A DNA stretch of 59,380 nucleotides, the filler included, from Sphacelaria rigidula (taxonomy: Eukaryota), in assembly GCA_964200075.2 (NCBI GenBank). It is 8 parts of 8 records of this genome, joined end to end, with 100 filler letters (N's around TTAATTAATTAA, not from the genome) between each part and the next. Parts side by side here need not be neighbours in the genome. Positions count along the whole stretch, not along the records: positions 22,306 to 29,640 come from CAXNAA020015386.1; positions 29,741 to 37,075 come from CAXNAA020015387.1; 6 more parts are not named here. One strand, written 5' to 3'. Within the stretch, counting starts at the first letter, position 1. Each line of letters starts with the position of its first letter. The position numbers and the translations under genes were made by a program. Of this stretch, positions 24,193 through 34,958 are shown piece by piece. The notes below the pieces were generated by a model. That model was not told where the DNA came from. It saw nothing but the letters and a program-made list of their open reading frames with translations, and made no database searches.

Positions 24193-24528
24193 CTGGGTTA
24201 TACACGTTACACGTGCCATAGCGTTACACGTTGCATTCACGTTACGTATCGTTAACGTAACGTTTTTTTTTTTTCAAATGTAACGCTGTAAAAAACGTGA
24301 ACGTTAATTTTTTCACGTGATGAACGTAACGTGGACGTCAACGTAGGGCTATATACGTCACACATGCCATAGCGTTACACGTCACGTTCACGTTACGTTT
24401 TGGCCGAAACGTAACGTGAACGATGATTTTGTTTCACGTGATGATCGTAACGTGAAATTTTCAAATGTAATGTATATTTTTTTACGTGACACGTCACTTA
24501 ACGTGAACGTGTGACGTGTATAGCCCTG
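24193..24528. mobile_element. ACGT-rich hAT-type MITE with internal duplication of its left half
   Basis: TIRs CTGGGTTATACACGTTACACGT / ACGTGTGACGTGTATAGCCCTG; imperfect 8-bp flanks TGATTTTT / GGATTTCT; a second left end TAGGGCTATATACGTCACAC at ~24343. Confidence 0.7.
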
Positions 24529-27500
24529 GGATTTCTCAACCGAAAAGTGATGGTTATTCAAGAGATGGACACACAACATCTGGGGAGGTCTAGGGCATGC
24601 TCAAGCACAGTATGTTTCTTCCACACGGCATTAGCGCTGTGACTCACTCACAACCCCGCAGTCTGAAAGTGGAAGCTTCCCAGGCAGCCACGTTGTTCTT
24701 CCCTGTTTTCTCCCTTCACGCTCTAACCCTTTGACCGCAAGCGGTGGTCCTCTGTTGAATCAGCAAATTCACTTGAGGAATGACTTCATGACTAAATGAC
24801 TTACCCTCGCGGTCACAGGGTTTATATAACCCTTGGAGGCTGCGAGGGTCCTCCTCCATCTATGTACCATGCACACTTTTTTCAAGTGAAATTGATGCCG
24901 ATTCGACAGATGACCTAAAGTACTACTCTCGCCGTCTGAAGATCAAGTAACCCTTTGACTGCGTGGAGGTAGGTCACTTGCTAAATCGGCATCGATTTCA
25001 CTCGAAAGAAGTGTGTGATCCAGATGGACTACCCGCATCGCGGTGTAAGGACTGACCCTTTGACCACGAGGCTAAGTCATCTGTTGATATCGGCATCACT
25101 TTCACCCGTGAAAAAATATGTGCGATCCAGATGGGCTACCCGCATCGCGGTCACAGGGTTACCCTTTGTGGCGCCGAAAGTGCCGATCTCTGTGGAATCG
25201 GCATCTCTTTTCGTTTGACACGGAGACTGAATTGATGCCGACTCCAGGCACCTCCGAGGCTAAAGGGTCGTCATACCTCCCCTCCTCAGGACCAGTCACG
25301 AGCCCGTAGCGAGTCTGTAGTGCATGTAGTCTCTCAAGAGGCCCACCAATCCATCTCTCCCGCGGCAATCACATCTCTTTCGCGGATGGGATCAGCACAC
25401 ACTCTCTCCCGCGCAGCGCATGCCCTCTCTCAAGCAAACTCTCTTCGATACTCGCGTACGTCCTATTTGGCATTTTTCAAGTGACGGAGATCAGATACTT
25501 GATTTAAAAAAACATCAAAAGGTTTGTTGAGCCTCAGACCGCGACGTTATAGTCCCTGCGGATGATGGTGCATATACGTTTTTTTCACGAGTGAAATTGA
25601 TGCCGATTCAACAGAGATGGCCTCTCGCTGTCTGAGGGTTCTCAATTAACCCTTAGACCGCAAGATGAGTCTTTTTGGATCATGCATACTTTTCTTCACT
25701 TCAAATTGATGCCGATTCAACAGAAGACGAACGTCGCATCTCGTGAAAAATCGAACCCACAGCTTTTTCGATGTACTGTACGTAATGGTGTCGGTTGTAC
25801 CATCATTTTCACCACCGGGGCGCACCTTCTTTATTTTTCTTCTTGACTGCACCAGCTCTTTTAACCGCGTGTTGTTGCAGTGGCACGCGTAGCTTACTGG
25901 AATATGATGAGAATACTTTGCGATGGGCAAATTGAACTTTTCCCATACGACCACGGGTTCGAGAGATTGGGCTAATGGTTACGGAAATCATGATGATTGC
26001 AATGCAACCGTTTGGCCAGGGTAGTGTCATGTAGAGTAGGCCATCTGTTGATCTACTCTCCATCACTTGCAGCTGAAGAGTAACTGCGTGACCCAGAGAC
26101 CTACCGAGATAGCAGGCCATCCGTTGAATCGGCATCAATTTCATATGAAAATAAAATGTGCATGACCCAGATGGACTACCCTCACGGTTTAACCCTTAGA
26201 CAGCGAGAGTAGGCCATCTGTTGAGTCGGCATCAATTTCACTTGAAAAAAGTATGCATGGTCCTTAAAGACTACCCTCGCGGTCTAAGGGTTAACCCTTA
26301 GACCGCGAGGTTAGTCTTCCGTTGAATCGGCATCAATTATTTCAAGTGAAAAGTATGCATGATCCAGAGAGACTAATCTCGCGGTCTAAGGGTTAAGGGT
26401 TAATTGCATCTATCTACATGAATCCGGTACTGTGATTTCGACTGTCGTAGTTTATTTTGAAGATGGTTAAAATCACGACTTATCAGATCGGGATAATTGT
26501 TTCCCACCACACTTTAACGATCGAAAACTGATGTGCGAAGACACGGCCTCGGATAAAAAAGCAACTTTGACAGCAACACAGAAAAATTGTCACCACCGGA
26601 GAACGCAAATATATCCTGAAACCGTCAAACTGTCTCAACGAGTAGGGCAAGTCATCCCAAGATGTCAAAATCCGCCTAGCCCTATTTCAAAGCATGAAAC
26701 GACGCAGGGCCCAAAAGGCGGTTTTACGGGATTTTTTCTCGTGTGTTTTTTTGCCATAAAAAGTTGCTCAACAAACCCTCCGAGAAATTCGGTGAAATTC
26801 TAAATATTGTACTTTTGTACAGGGAATGACCAGGAGAGAGAGCCAACAAATAAAAAACGCGATTCAACAAAGAGCACCAGAACGGAGACGCAAGTATCAC
26901 GACACCAATCCGGCGGATTCCAATACTGGATTATTTCATTCTCCTCTGAGGGCGAACCGCACGCATCACCGTCACAATGCTCACGTGGCAGCGGTTGATG
27001 ACTACTCCCCAGAGAAATTCACCCTTTGAACGCCGGTGGTATCCATATATGGAATCGACATCATCTTCACTTGAAGAAGGACTGAAAAAGACGCGGAGTC
27101 GGCAATGGACAAGATCTCCGGCGGCCAAATGGTTGAACAGTACACACAAGATCTACGCGTGGAACCCATCTACGGAGGGGAGCATGCCTCGAATTTTCCC
27201 TGTAGGCTTAGTCAAAACACTGAAATCATCATCGTGGTCGCTACCCGCTTCCGTTGCCAAGTCCTCCCTCTCCGACCCGCTGCGTTCGGGACCGGAAATC
27301 TCCAGTCCAGATCTTGCCCGAATATTTCGACCCCCGGCCGATGGGCCCGTCTGGTCCAACATCGCAATGACTGTGGCCGGCCGAATCTGGTCCCGGATCG
27401 AATCCCCTTGCCACCACCCTCTCGCCCTCGCATCAGCAAGGCTGCCTGTCATGATGCATATAAACAGCTAACCTTGATGCATTGCTCGCTCCATTAGCTT

Positions 27501-27834
27501 CGTCCATGCTTCGCTGGGGTCGGCCGCGTGCACCGCTTGTTCCGCCGGCGGCATCAGCAGCTGGAGTCGCGCCGGTCGCTGGCGAAGATGGCGGGGACAA
27601 GAGGCAGCGGCCCTGGCAACCCCAGCTCAGCGTGCAGTTCCTCAAACATCCTCAAACATCCGCACCCTCGGCATGTGAGACTTGTTCGCGCGGCCTTTGT
27701 CGGCCTGCATGGAAACGTGAGCGGGTTCGCAGATTCCAGGGTCTCGCTCGCTACTACATGCAATTGCCCCCCCTGGCTGCATCAGCATTCTAAACTTTTT
27801 CTTCGCTTGAAATGACTGCCACACTCCAAATCAC

Positions 27835-27960
27835 CCCTCCCTCCCCTCCCTCGGGACGAGTCCGTGGTCTCAAAGGATCAACCCATCTCTCCCCGGGTAC
27901 ACGCCCTGCTATGTGGCTCTCGCGGATTAAAGTCAGCACTCCCGCACTGCGTCAATCAAC
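27835..27960 (-). mobile_element. Fragment of SINE family 2 body
   Basis: CCGTGGTCTCAAAGGATCAACCCATCTCTCCCC...TCAGCACTCCCGCACTGCGTCAA matches 34695-34790. Confidence 0.75.
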
Positions 27961-29078
27961 TCTTGGTTAGTCTTCTCGCGTCCTCGTGTTTCCGAGGGTG
28001 GAAACCAGACGCTTGAAAAGGAAAAACTCGACCCCTGGCGCTCGCTCCCGAGCCGCTGAAACGAGCAGTCGCAGACAGTGTATTTCCCGCAGCGCTGGAG
28101 ACTTGGGCCCACCATTCTTATCGACGACATCGCTTTATTCGGAGTGCTTGGACTCTGCGTTCAGACTTGTCCAAAAACGAAGCGGCTTGATTTTTTCTCC
28201 GTCGGAAGGTTCATTTTTGGAGAAATCCGAAAAACTCGGACTGCAACGCAGCACTTCGGAGAGCTGCCCTGTGTGTACGTACGCCGTGGCGCTCGCAAAC
28301 GTTGGAGCGTCATCCGGTACTTTGCCAATCCCGAAACTTTCAGGGATCTCCACAACAACGGTGTCGATAATAATGGGCCGTAGCCACTTTTCCCCCTCGC
28401 ACCTCGGTGGCGGACATGACCCCCGGCGACTCCCATCAGATTTTTCAGCCGTGCTGTAGTTTTCGGACTAAATTTATATCGGGCGAAATATAGTCTCAAC
28501 GGCGACTGCCTGTGGGATGTGTCTAACTAGATGGCGGTCCGGATACTGCGGTTGCTGCTGCACCACCTATCCCGGAGAGGTGTGTGGAATAACGATGTAT
28601 GGGTGCAAGGTGTCAGCTCTATGTTTGTTTCATTTTTGCCGGCGTCAGAGTCGGGGCTTCACCCTAGGCAGCACGGATTTTACATTGCTCGTTTGTTCAC
28701 GATAGTGGTACTGCCACCGCTGCAGTTTTGCGAGAGAACTTTGCCTGTTTCGTGTGTCAATACGCACCTCAACCGTCCTCCTCGCGTTCGTTTCCTCCGC
28801 CTGGGCGATGGTGTCTAGTCCGCTGCTGAGTTGCGAAATCGGGATATTTGCCATCATCCACCTTTTGTCGCGAAGAAGGCGTTCATTAAGTGTTTGTATA
28901 TAAAAACATATCAACTTTGCTGGGCGGAACGCTGCGGGCAGGAACGGTTAGTCATAAGAAGGCAAAAAAGGCACATGAAGTAGCGATGCATAGAATGAAC
29001 ACAAGTGTCGACGGAGGACTCCGATCGACTGCTGCTCTGCATTTGAAGCGTCAATCAACGGCTGAGGCCGCGTCTTCA

Positions 29079-29176
29079 CCCTCGGACAGCGAGAGTAGGC
29101 GATGTGTTGAATCGGCATCAATATCACTCGAAAAAAGAATGCATGGTCCAGATGGACCACGTTCGCGGTCCAAGGG
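29079..29176 (-). mobile_element. Isolated copy of the TTAA-type MITE (a degraded one at ~33940-34025)
   Basis: CCCTCGGACAGCGAGAGTAGG...GAATCGGCATCAA...CGCGGTCCAAGGG. Confidence 0.85.
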
Positions 29177-29187
29177 TTGACAAAATG

Positions 29188-29338
29188 TTTTCGTGTCAAA
29201 AACTTGCGGTCGAATCGAATTCGCTCGTTTCTGACTCGTCCACGCTATCTATTTTCTCAGATGGTTTGGGAACATGAATGCCGTGGACGTATCGGGTACG
29301 AGCAAATTCGATTCCACCGTACGTTTTCGAGTCGAAAA
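29188..29338. repeat. Imperfect inverted repeat with ~57-bp arms (MITE-like)
   Basis: CGGTCGAATCGAATTCGCTCG...CGTCCACG pairs with CGTGGACG...CGAGCAAATTCGATTCCACCG, extending out to TTTTCG / CGAAAA. Confidence 0.8.
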
Positions 29339-29740
29339 TAGTTTGATGAGACACGGCCTGGCATTCATTTCCATCGAGTGAGTATGTGAATTGTCGTCAG
29401 TTCAAGATATGAATGATGGGGGATGTACTGAACGCTCGAAAAACGTGGGTTTATTTCGTCCCATTTTGAGCCATGCTACGATTGGAGTTGCACTTTTTGT
29501 TTCTGGGTAACTTTTTTGTAGGAGCCTAAATATATGGGGCTTACTTTTTTTTTTTTTTTTTCATTTTTTTTTCTCTTTCTTTTTTGATATGTATATTTAG
29601 TTTCAGGGTTTCAACACCTCGCTCCCTCGTTATTTTCTTTNNNNNNNNNNNNNNNNNNNNNNNNNNNNNNNNNNNNNNNNNNNNTTAATTAATTAANNNN
29701 NNNNNNNNNNNNNNNNNNNNNNNNNNNNNNNNNNNNNNNN

Positions 29741-30025
29741 ATCGTAGGTATGAGATTTCAAAATACCGGATTGGGCGGGTAGGGTAGGTATTGAAATCTC
29801 GAAATACCGTGGTATCGTAGGTATCGTAGGTATCGTAGGTATGGGATTTCAAAATACCGGATTGGGCGGGTAGGGTAGGTATTGAAATCTCGAAATACCG
29901 TGGTATCGTAGGTATCGTAGGTATCGTAGGTATGGCATTTCAAAATACCGGATTGGGTCGGTATCGGTAGGGTACGAGATGTCCCAAATACCGGTACCGG
30001 GTACCTACCATACCTACGGTGCCTG
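29741..30025. repeat. 91-bp tandem repeat (~2.4 units) with internal (GGTATCGTA)3; probable subterminal region of a DNA transposon
   Basis: Unit starts at 29754, 29845 and 29936; cut by fragment start. The region ends ...CCATACCTACGGTGCCTG (CAGG on minus, hAT-like terminus; inference). Confidence 0.85.
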
Positions 30026-31804
30026 TGGAGTTTTCTTTTGTTGGACGTATTTTTGTATGTCGTGTAATGAGACGACAAACCTTGGCATATATCGCTGTAT
30101 CGCTTACTCCGAGGTGTAATGAGCATATGCCTGATCATGTTCAAAATGCTCTTAATCATGCAATTGCCCATTGGGAATTGAGATTTGGCGTTCTGCAGTT
30201 CCGCATCAAGCGTCCCGCCGTATATAAGTCATAATCCCTTTTTTTTCTTCATTATTTTCCTCATTCGATGAACCAGCCGTCGACGTACACGCTACGGCCG
30301 CGAAAAACAGAAAACTTCAGGGCCACGAGGTACCAACGAAGCATACGGGACAAGAAAACCCCAGTAAACGCCTGAAGTACTCGCAGTCAGCTACTGACTG
30401 GCCCAGGGCAACTCCGTTCTTCATGTGCTATGGTACTAGCACAGAACAGCAGACCAATGCAGTACAAGGCGACCGAAACATGGAGGACGAAAGCATGAAG
30501 CTGTGCACCGCTGCCTCACGCGTCATTGGCGCAAACAATTTCCGTCGACGGCTTTGAAGCGCCCCCCGTCTCAATTGATACCCCATATTCCTCTGCAACT
30601 GTAGCGTGCAGGCCTCAACTGTACAGTCAAATTGTATATGTGGTGTGAGCATATTTGTTATCGACTCATCATACTATCATTGGTATAAAAATAGCCGGTA
30701 ACGGCAAACCGCATACACACTGGATAAAATGGTGCCCTCGTCGCCAGTTTCAGTTCAACTCCAGTTCCCGTTTAATCGACAGTATAAACTGTGGCCCAGT
30801 TCACAACCCTGAATATTACGGTACAAGGTTCACCGTGGTTTTATTTTCCTTCTCTGGGTGCCACTTGCGAGGACGCCTACCGCAATTCAAAACAGAAGAA
30901 GGCTGTCGATCACCCCGATGCCCAGGGAGATGGATCCCTAACGCTTGCCTGAACTTTGAGACGCTGAATAATTTTGTTTAGAAAACGCGACGGAAGAAAC
31001 GCCCCCATCAACGACCGTGTGGGTCAGAAGGTGAAAGGTTTCGGGATGCAATGGAGTGATCACTATCACAATCACAATCAATATCAGTATTTCATAGCAT
31101 GTACCGATCGGGTACACCCGCATAAAACGTGCACGCATCCACAGATACTGTAGCCTGACTGCACTGAGGTACAAGCTGCTTTGATCGAGAGAGTTTAGCT
31201 CCACATCGGGGGGCAGGCTAGAGGACAGTATGAACGATGTTCGAGATCATGTGTGCAGTCTTGCCTCCCCCACGGACAGGGTGCACTTGTTGCATCGTTT
31301 GTGGTGCGCCTTTTGGCGAAGGCGATCAGTACGACCTCATTTGTTGGCGGGTCGGAGCCAGGAGAAGCACGCTGTACGTGTCCGTGGTTTGAGCAGTCGT
31401 GAGGGCTATATCGAGCACATATTGTCTCGAGGAGCGGTGTAGACTCTTTCGGTCAAGTTTCGTTCGAGCCTCTTGGATCGGCTTTGACATCTCAGCTTTT
31501 TCTCTGTTTCTTTTTTATTTATTCGTTCCGTCGTACTGTCGACCCCTCTCCTTCCTCGAGACAAACCGATTATCTCCAGGGGTCACCCCCTATCTCGCCC
31601 GTGGCTTTTATCGCTACCGGCTCCAAGTTTCACTACGGTAGACAGACTTTTCTGAAGAGATGAACTCCGATGACACTTATCGTACAAGTGTTTTCGCCGA
31701 CGGCGTGCGTGTGTTCTCATCCCATCTATTCCGGACGCCAGTTTACGCCCTTCGGTCTGTGTGGGAACATCAACCGGGGTCACACAGGAAAGAGATTGTC
31801 ACAA

Positions 31805-31990
31805 TATTTTTTATTTTGTTTCAGCACCCCCCACTTTCCTTCTGCGGTTCTTGCCTTGCATTCTATCGCGAGGAGAGTTGAGCCACCCCCTTTCCCTCGT
31901 CAGCCGTAAAGTCCATGTTTTTTCTTTCGTGTATGAGTACCTACGACATCGTCGCTCTCCACTATTCTGTTGGGCATAATGTGCGAAAAA
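31805..31990 (-). mobile_element. SINE family 1 body without tRNA head
   Basis: Colinear with ~280-430 (TTCCTTCTGCGGT...ATCGCGAG...TCGCTCTCCACT...TGTTGGGCAT). Confidence 0.8.
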
Positions 31991-34664
31991 TATTAAGATC
32001 GATGGTGCCGGATCCCCAATTTGAACTGCAAGAATGACGACGTGACCGTTCCTCTGGGGTCCCAAACCCCTGACTCTGACTATGGTGTTACGTTACGACA
32101 GCTAGCTGTTGTATCTCGAATATTCTGGACTGGAGGTAGGATCCACGTGTTCCGTGTGCTGTGTGGAATAGAATCACGTCCTCCTCGGCCGAAGCACGGT
32201 CAAAGCATATCTGGATGTCACTGATTCGACCTCAGTCAGTGTCCCTCTGTATCCATCTGTCTCTCGAGGTCGGCTACGGACCCCCACGGACTTGTCGAGC
32301 TCGGGCTCTGCCCAAGACCTGCGGAAAAGAAGTCAATGCATTATCGAAATTTTTGAGAGTTTATTGTTCGCCTGGCAGGGAACAAATACTGGCTTTTGTT
32401 CACGGGAATCGACGGCCCGACCCCCGGAGACGAGGCACCATTGACCACTCCTTGCTATGTGTGAAACGAAGATGCCTGCAAACGACGGGGCCGACTCTCA
32501 CGTTTTTTCTGAAGCGCGCTACGCTTTTACGAGAGCCAGGCGTTACACGTTGTGCGACCGCGTGAATTGAGCGCCGTCGACCAAGCGATGAGCAGCGTGA
32601 GTACATCGAGCGGGTGGGGCAAAGCGTAGAGCAAGGGTCACAGTGAAAATGTTCGGAGCACGGTGGACAGCTGCACGTCATGCCGGTCCACCATGCTCCC
32701 AACATTTTTTACTGTGCCCGGCATCTGCTCGCTCTAGCTCCACCGTTTCCCCGATCCGCTTGATCTGCTTGAGCAGTTCGTCGCTTACTCGATCGCGCCC
32801 AATCCGCGCCAATCGCGACGTAGGTGTGGCATTTTTTTACTCTTGTCGGAGCGTAGCGCTTCAGATGAGCATAGATGACGGCCTTGACGTTTTGCAGTCA
32901 TGTTAGTTCTCACCGTCGCAAGTCGTGGTGACTGGTGCCTCGCCTGCGGGTGTCGCGCCCGCAATGCCCCTTATGGAAACCCAGTACTTGTTCCCTGCCA
33001 GGCTGACGATATCTTCCTGCTCATGCTTTCTACCCATGTCTGGTTTCAGAAAGATCGTGCACCTCGACCTCGCGCGTGAAGAAGAATTTTTGACAGAGGA
33101 GTGTGTTTGTAGCCATAGATTATGTCCACTCTCAGAGTGGTCGTGTTTAATTAGCTGAGATCCACAGTTACCCCTAATTCTTACCCCTAGCTAAAATCCA
33201 TGATATACATCCACTTGGATTCAGTGTAGACCACGACATTCGGATAGTTTGGGGGAGTTGGTGTTCCGATGTTCTCGTGAGTTCACGTGTGTCTTGACCC
33301 TTTTGGAACCGTTCACGGAAAAGTGACGATTTACAATTGACGTTTTTTGGGCAAGATATGGTTGTTCTTCTGCAACTCTTGATGATCCAGCCCACCAAAA
33401 GGGTGCACCACTCTAAGTTCAAGTATGCTAATGTCACAATTTCGTGCATCGAACTGGAAGTGACGTTTTTCCCGTGACGAAAGCTCGCATACGGGAGTTT
33501 GTACTGTTTTTCGCGAGTTTCAAAAGGGTTAACGCGCTTGGGGGGGGGGGAAACCCGGCGAAGAGCAAGGCAAGCGTTCGAAAGCAGCATGTGTCACTGA
33601 TCATCCCGCCGGGTAATGTCGCGGCGACCAGCCGACAAGCTGTTGATTTTGAACGCTTGCTTTGCCCTCTACTGTTTATTTTCAGCCCGTCAAGATTGTT
33701 CCTTAGCCTGCCTAGCCCGCGTTTTTGCTCCAATCGGCGCTAGGCACTGCTGATTTGAGGACTACCAGGCGCTCTTTGCCTAGGTCGCCTCCTGTACCGG
33801 TGTCTCCCTTGGAGTGGGCTTAGGCTCAGGGTTAGGTATAAGTTGTGAACAAAAGGACGGACATGTGTCATCCATGGATTTTATCGACGGGTCGAAGTAC
33901 ACGCGTTCCGTGAGTGGATGTACGAGTTTAGTGCCTTAACCGCCGGAGGGTACGTCATCTGTCGACCCGGTATCATTTTCACCTGAAGAATAGGGTCAAG
34001 CCTCAGATGACCCACTCTGGCGACTGATTAGCTGTCAAGAGTGGTCTAATTGAGAAAAAGTAAGGTTTAGCCGAGAGGTTAAATACGACGTCCCACCAGC
34101 TTTTCAGATTAACGAGAGAGGTTTTTGGAGTGCGGAGGCCGAACCTCTCTTGCGTCGAGCATGGACATGGAAAACAACCAGTCCTGTAGATTATCCACTT
34201 GGCCGAAAAATTGAAGTTGGTGTGCAAGAAGATGACTTGTTGGGCTTTACTCGACACGTAACCCGAACGACGTGGGCATTCTTTAGCAGCTTGAAGGCCT
34301 CAGAAATAATGCATGCGTGCTATATCTCGCGGTTACTTTGCTACACGGTGCCGGAAAGCACCACCTAGGTTTCAGTCGAGCCGACCTGAGCAGAGGACCC
34401 CGACATGTTGTCGGTTTTTTGTTTTCTCCATCGAGATAAATACAGGCTTCTTCCCGCTTTATGTACTACCATCTCACCGTGTGCGTTTGTCCGACGCCGT
34501 CCAATGCCTCCCAGCACTTGTTTTGACGGTTCTAAAGAAGTTTAATCTCATGCTTTAAGGTATTAGATAAGGAGGACAGAGATTCAAACGAGGTATTGTT
34601 CGGCTTGCCACCGCCTTGTCTTGAAGAGCCCATACGCCCACAGTATTTTTTTTTTCCCTCACGC

Positions 34665-34958
34665 TTTGAACCCCTCCCCTTCCTCTGGATGAGCCCGTGG
34701 TCTCAAAAGATCAACCCATCTCTCCCCCGGTACGCGCTTTTCATTTCGGTCTCTCGGATTGGATCAGCACTCCCGCACCGCGTCAACTCAGGTCACATAA
34801 ACCCAGTCGACTACTTTTTTGTTTACTCACGTTCTCACGCTTTCCACGGTGGAAGTCATACACGACGAAGAAAAAACCCAACGCATCGGGAATCGAACCC
34901 CCGTTCTCTCCACCCTAATGGCGACAGTCGGACCATTACACCACCGGGGCGCAGCGGC
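34665..34958 (-). mobile_element. tRNA-derived SINE, family 2
   Basis: Minus strand GCCGCTGCGCCCCGGTGGTGTAATGG (A box) ... GGGGTTCGATTCCC (B box), then a body repeated at 27835-27960 and 34981-35045. Confidence 0.8.

Larger units (their letters stand above)
22547..26403. mobile_element. Cluster of ~13 copies of a ~100-bp piggyBac-type (TTAA) MITE
   Basis: Consensus TTAA|CCCTTAGACCGCGAG...GTGAAATTGATGCCGATTCAACAGATG...CTCGCGGTCTAAGGG|TTAA. Copies at 22547-22649, ~23481-23563, 23969-24067, 24727-24820, 24830-24945, 24951-25050, 25056-25158, 25162-25267 (variant), 25532-25638, 25650-25728 (truncated), 26092-26399 (split), 26193-26290 and 26295-26392. Confidence 0.9.

Noticed and set aside
24727..26403. 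CRISPR-like or integron-like repeat array
   Set aside because: Units are ~100 bp, in mixed orientation, with TIRs and TTAA TSDs, no unique regular spacers and no cas or integrase gene; eukaryotic context.
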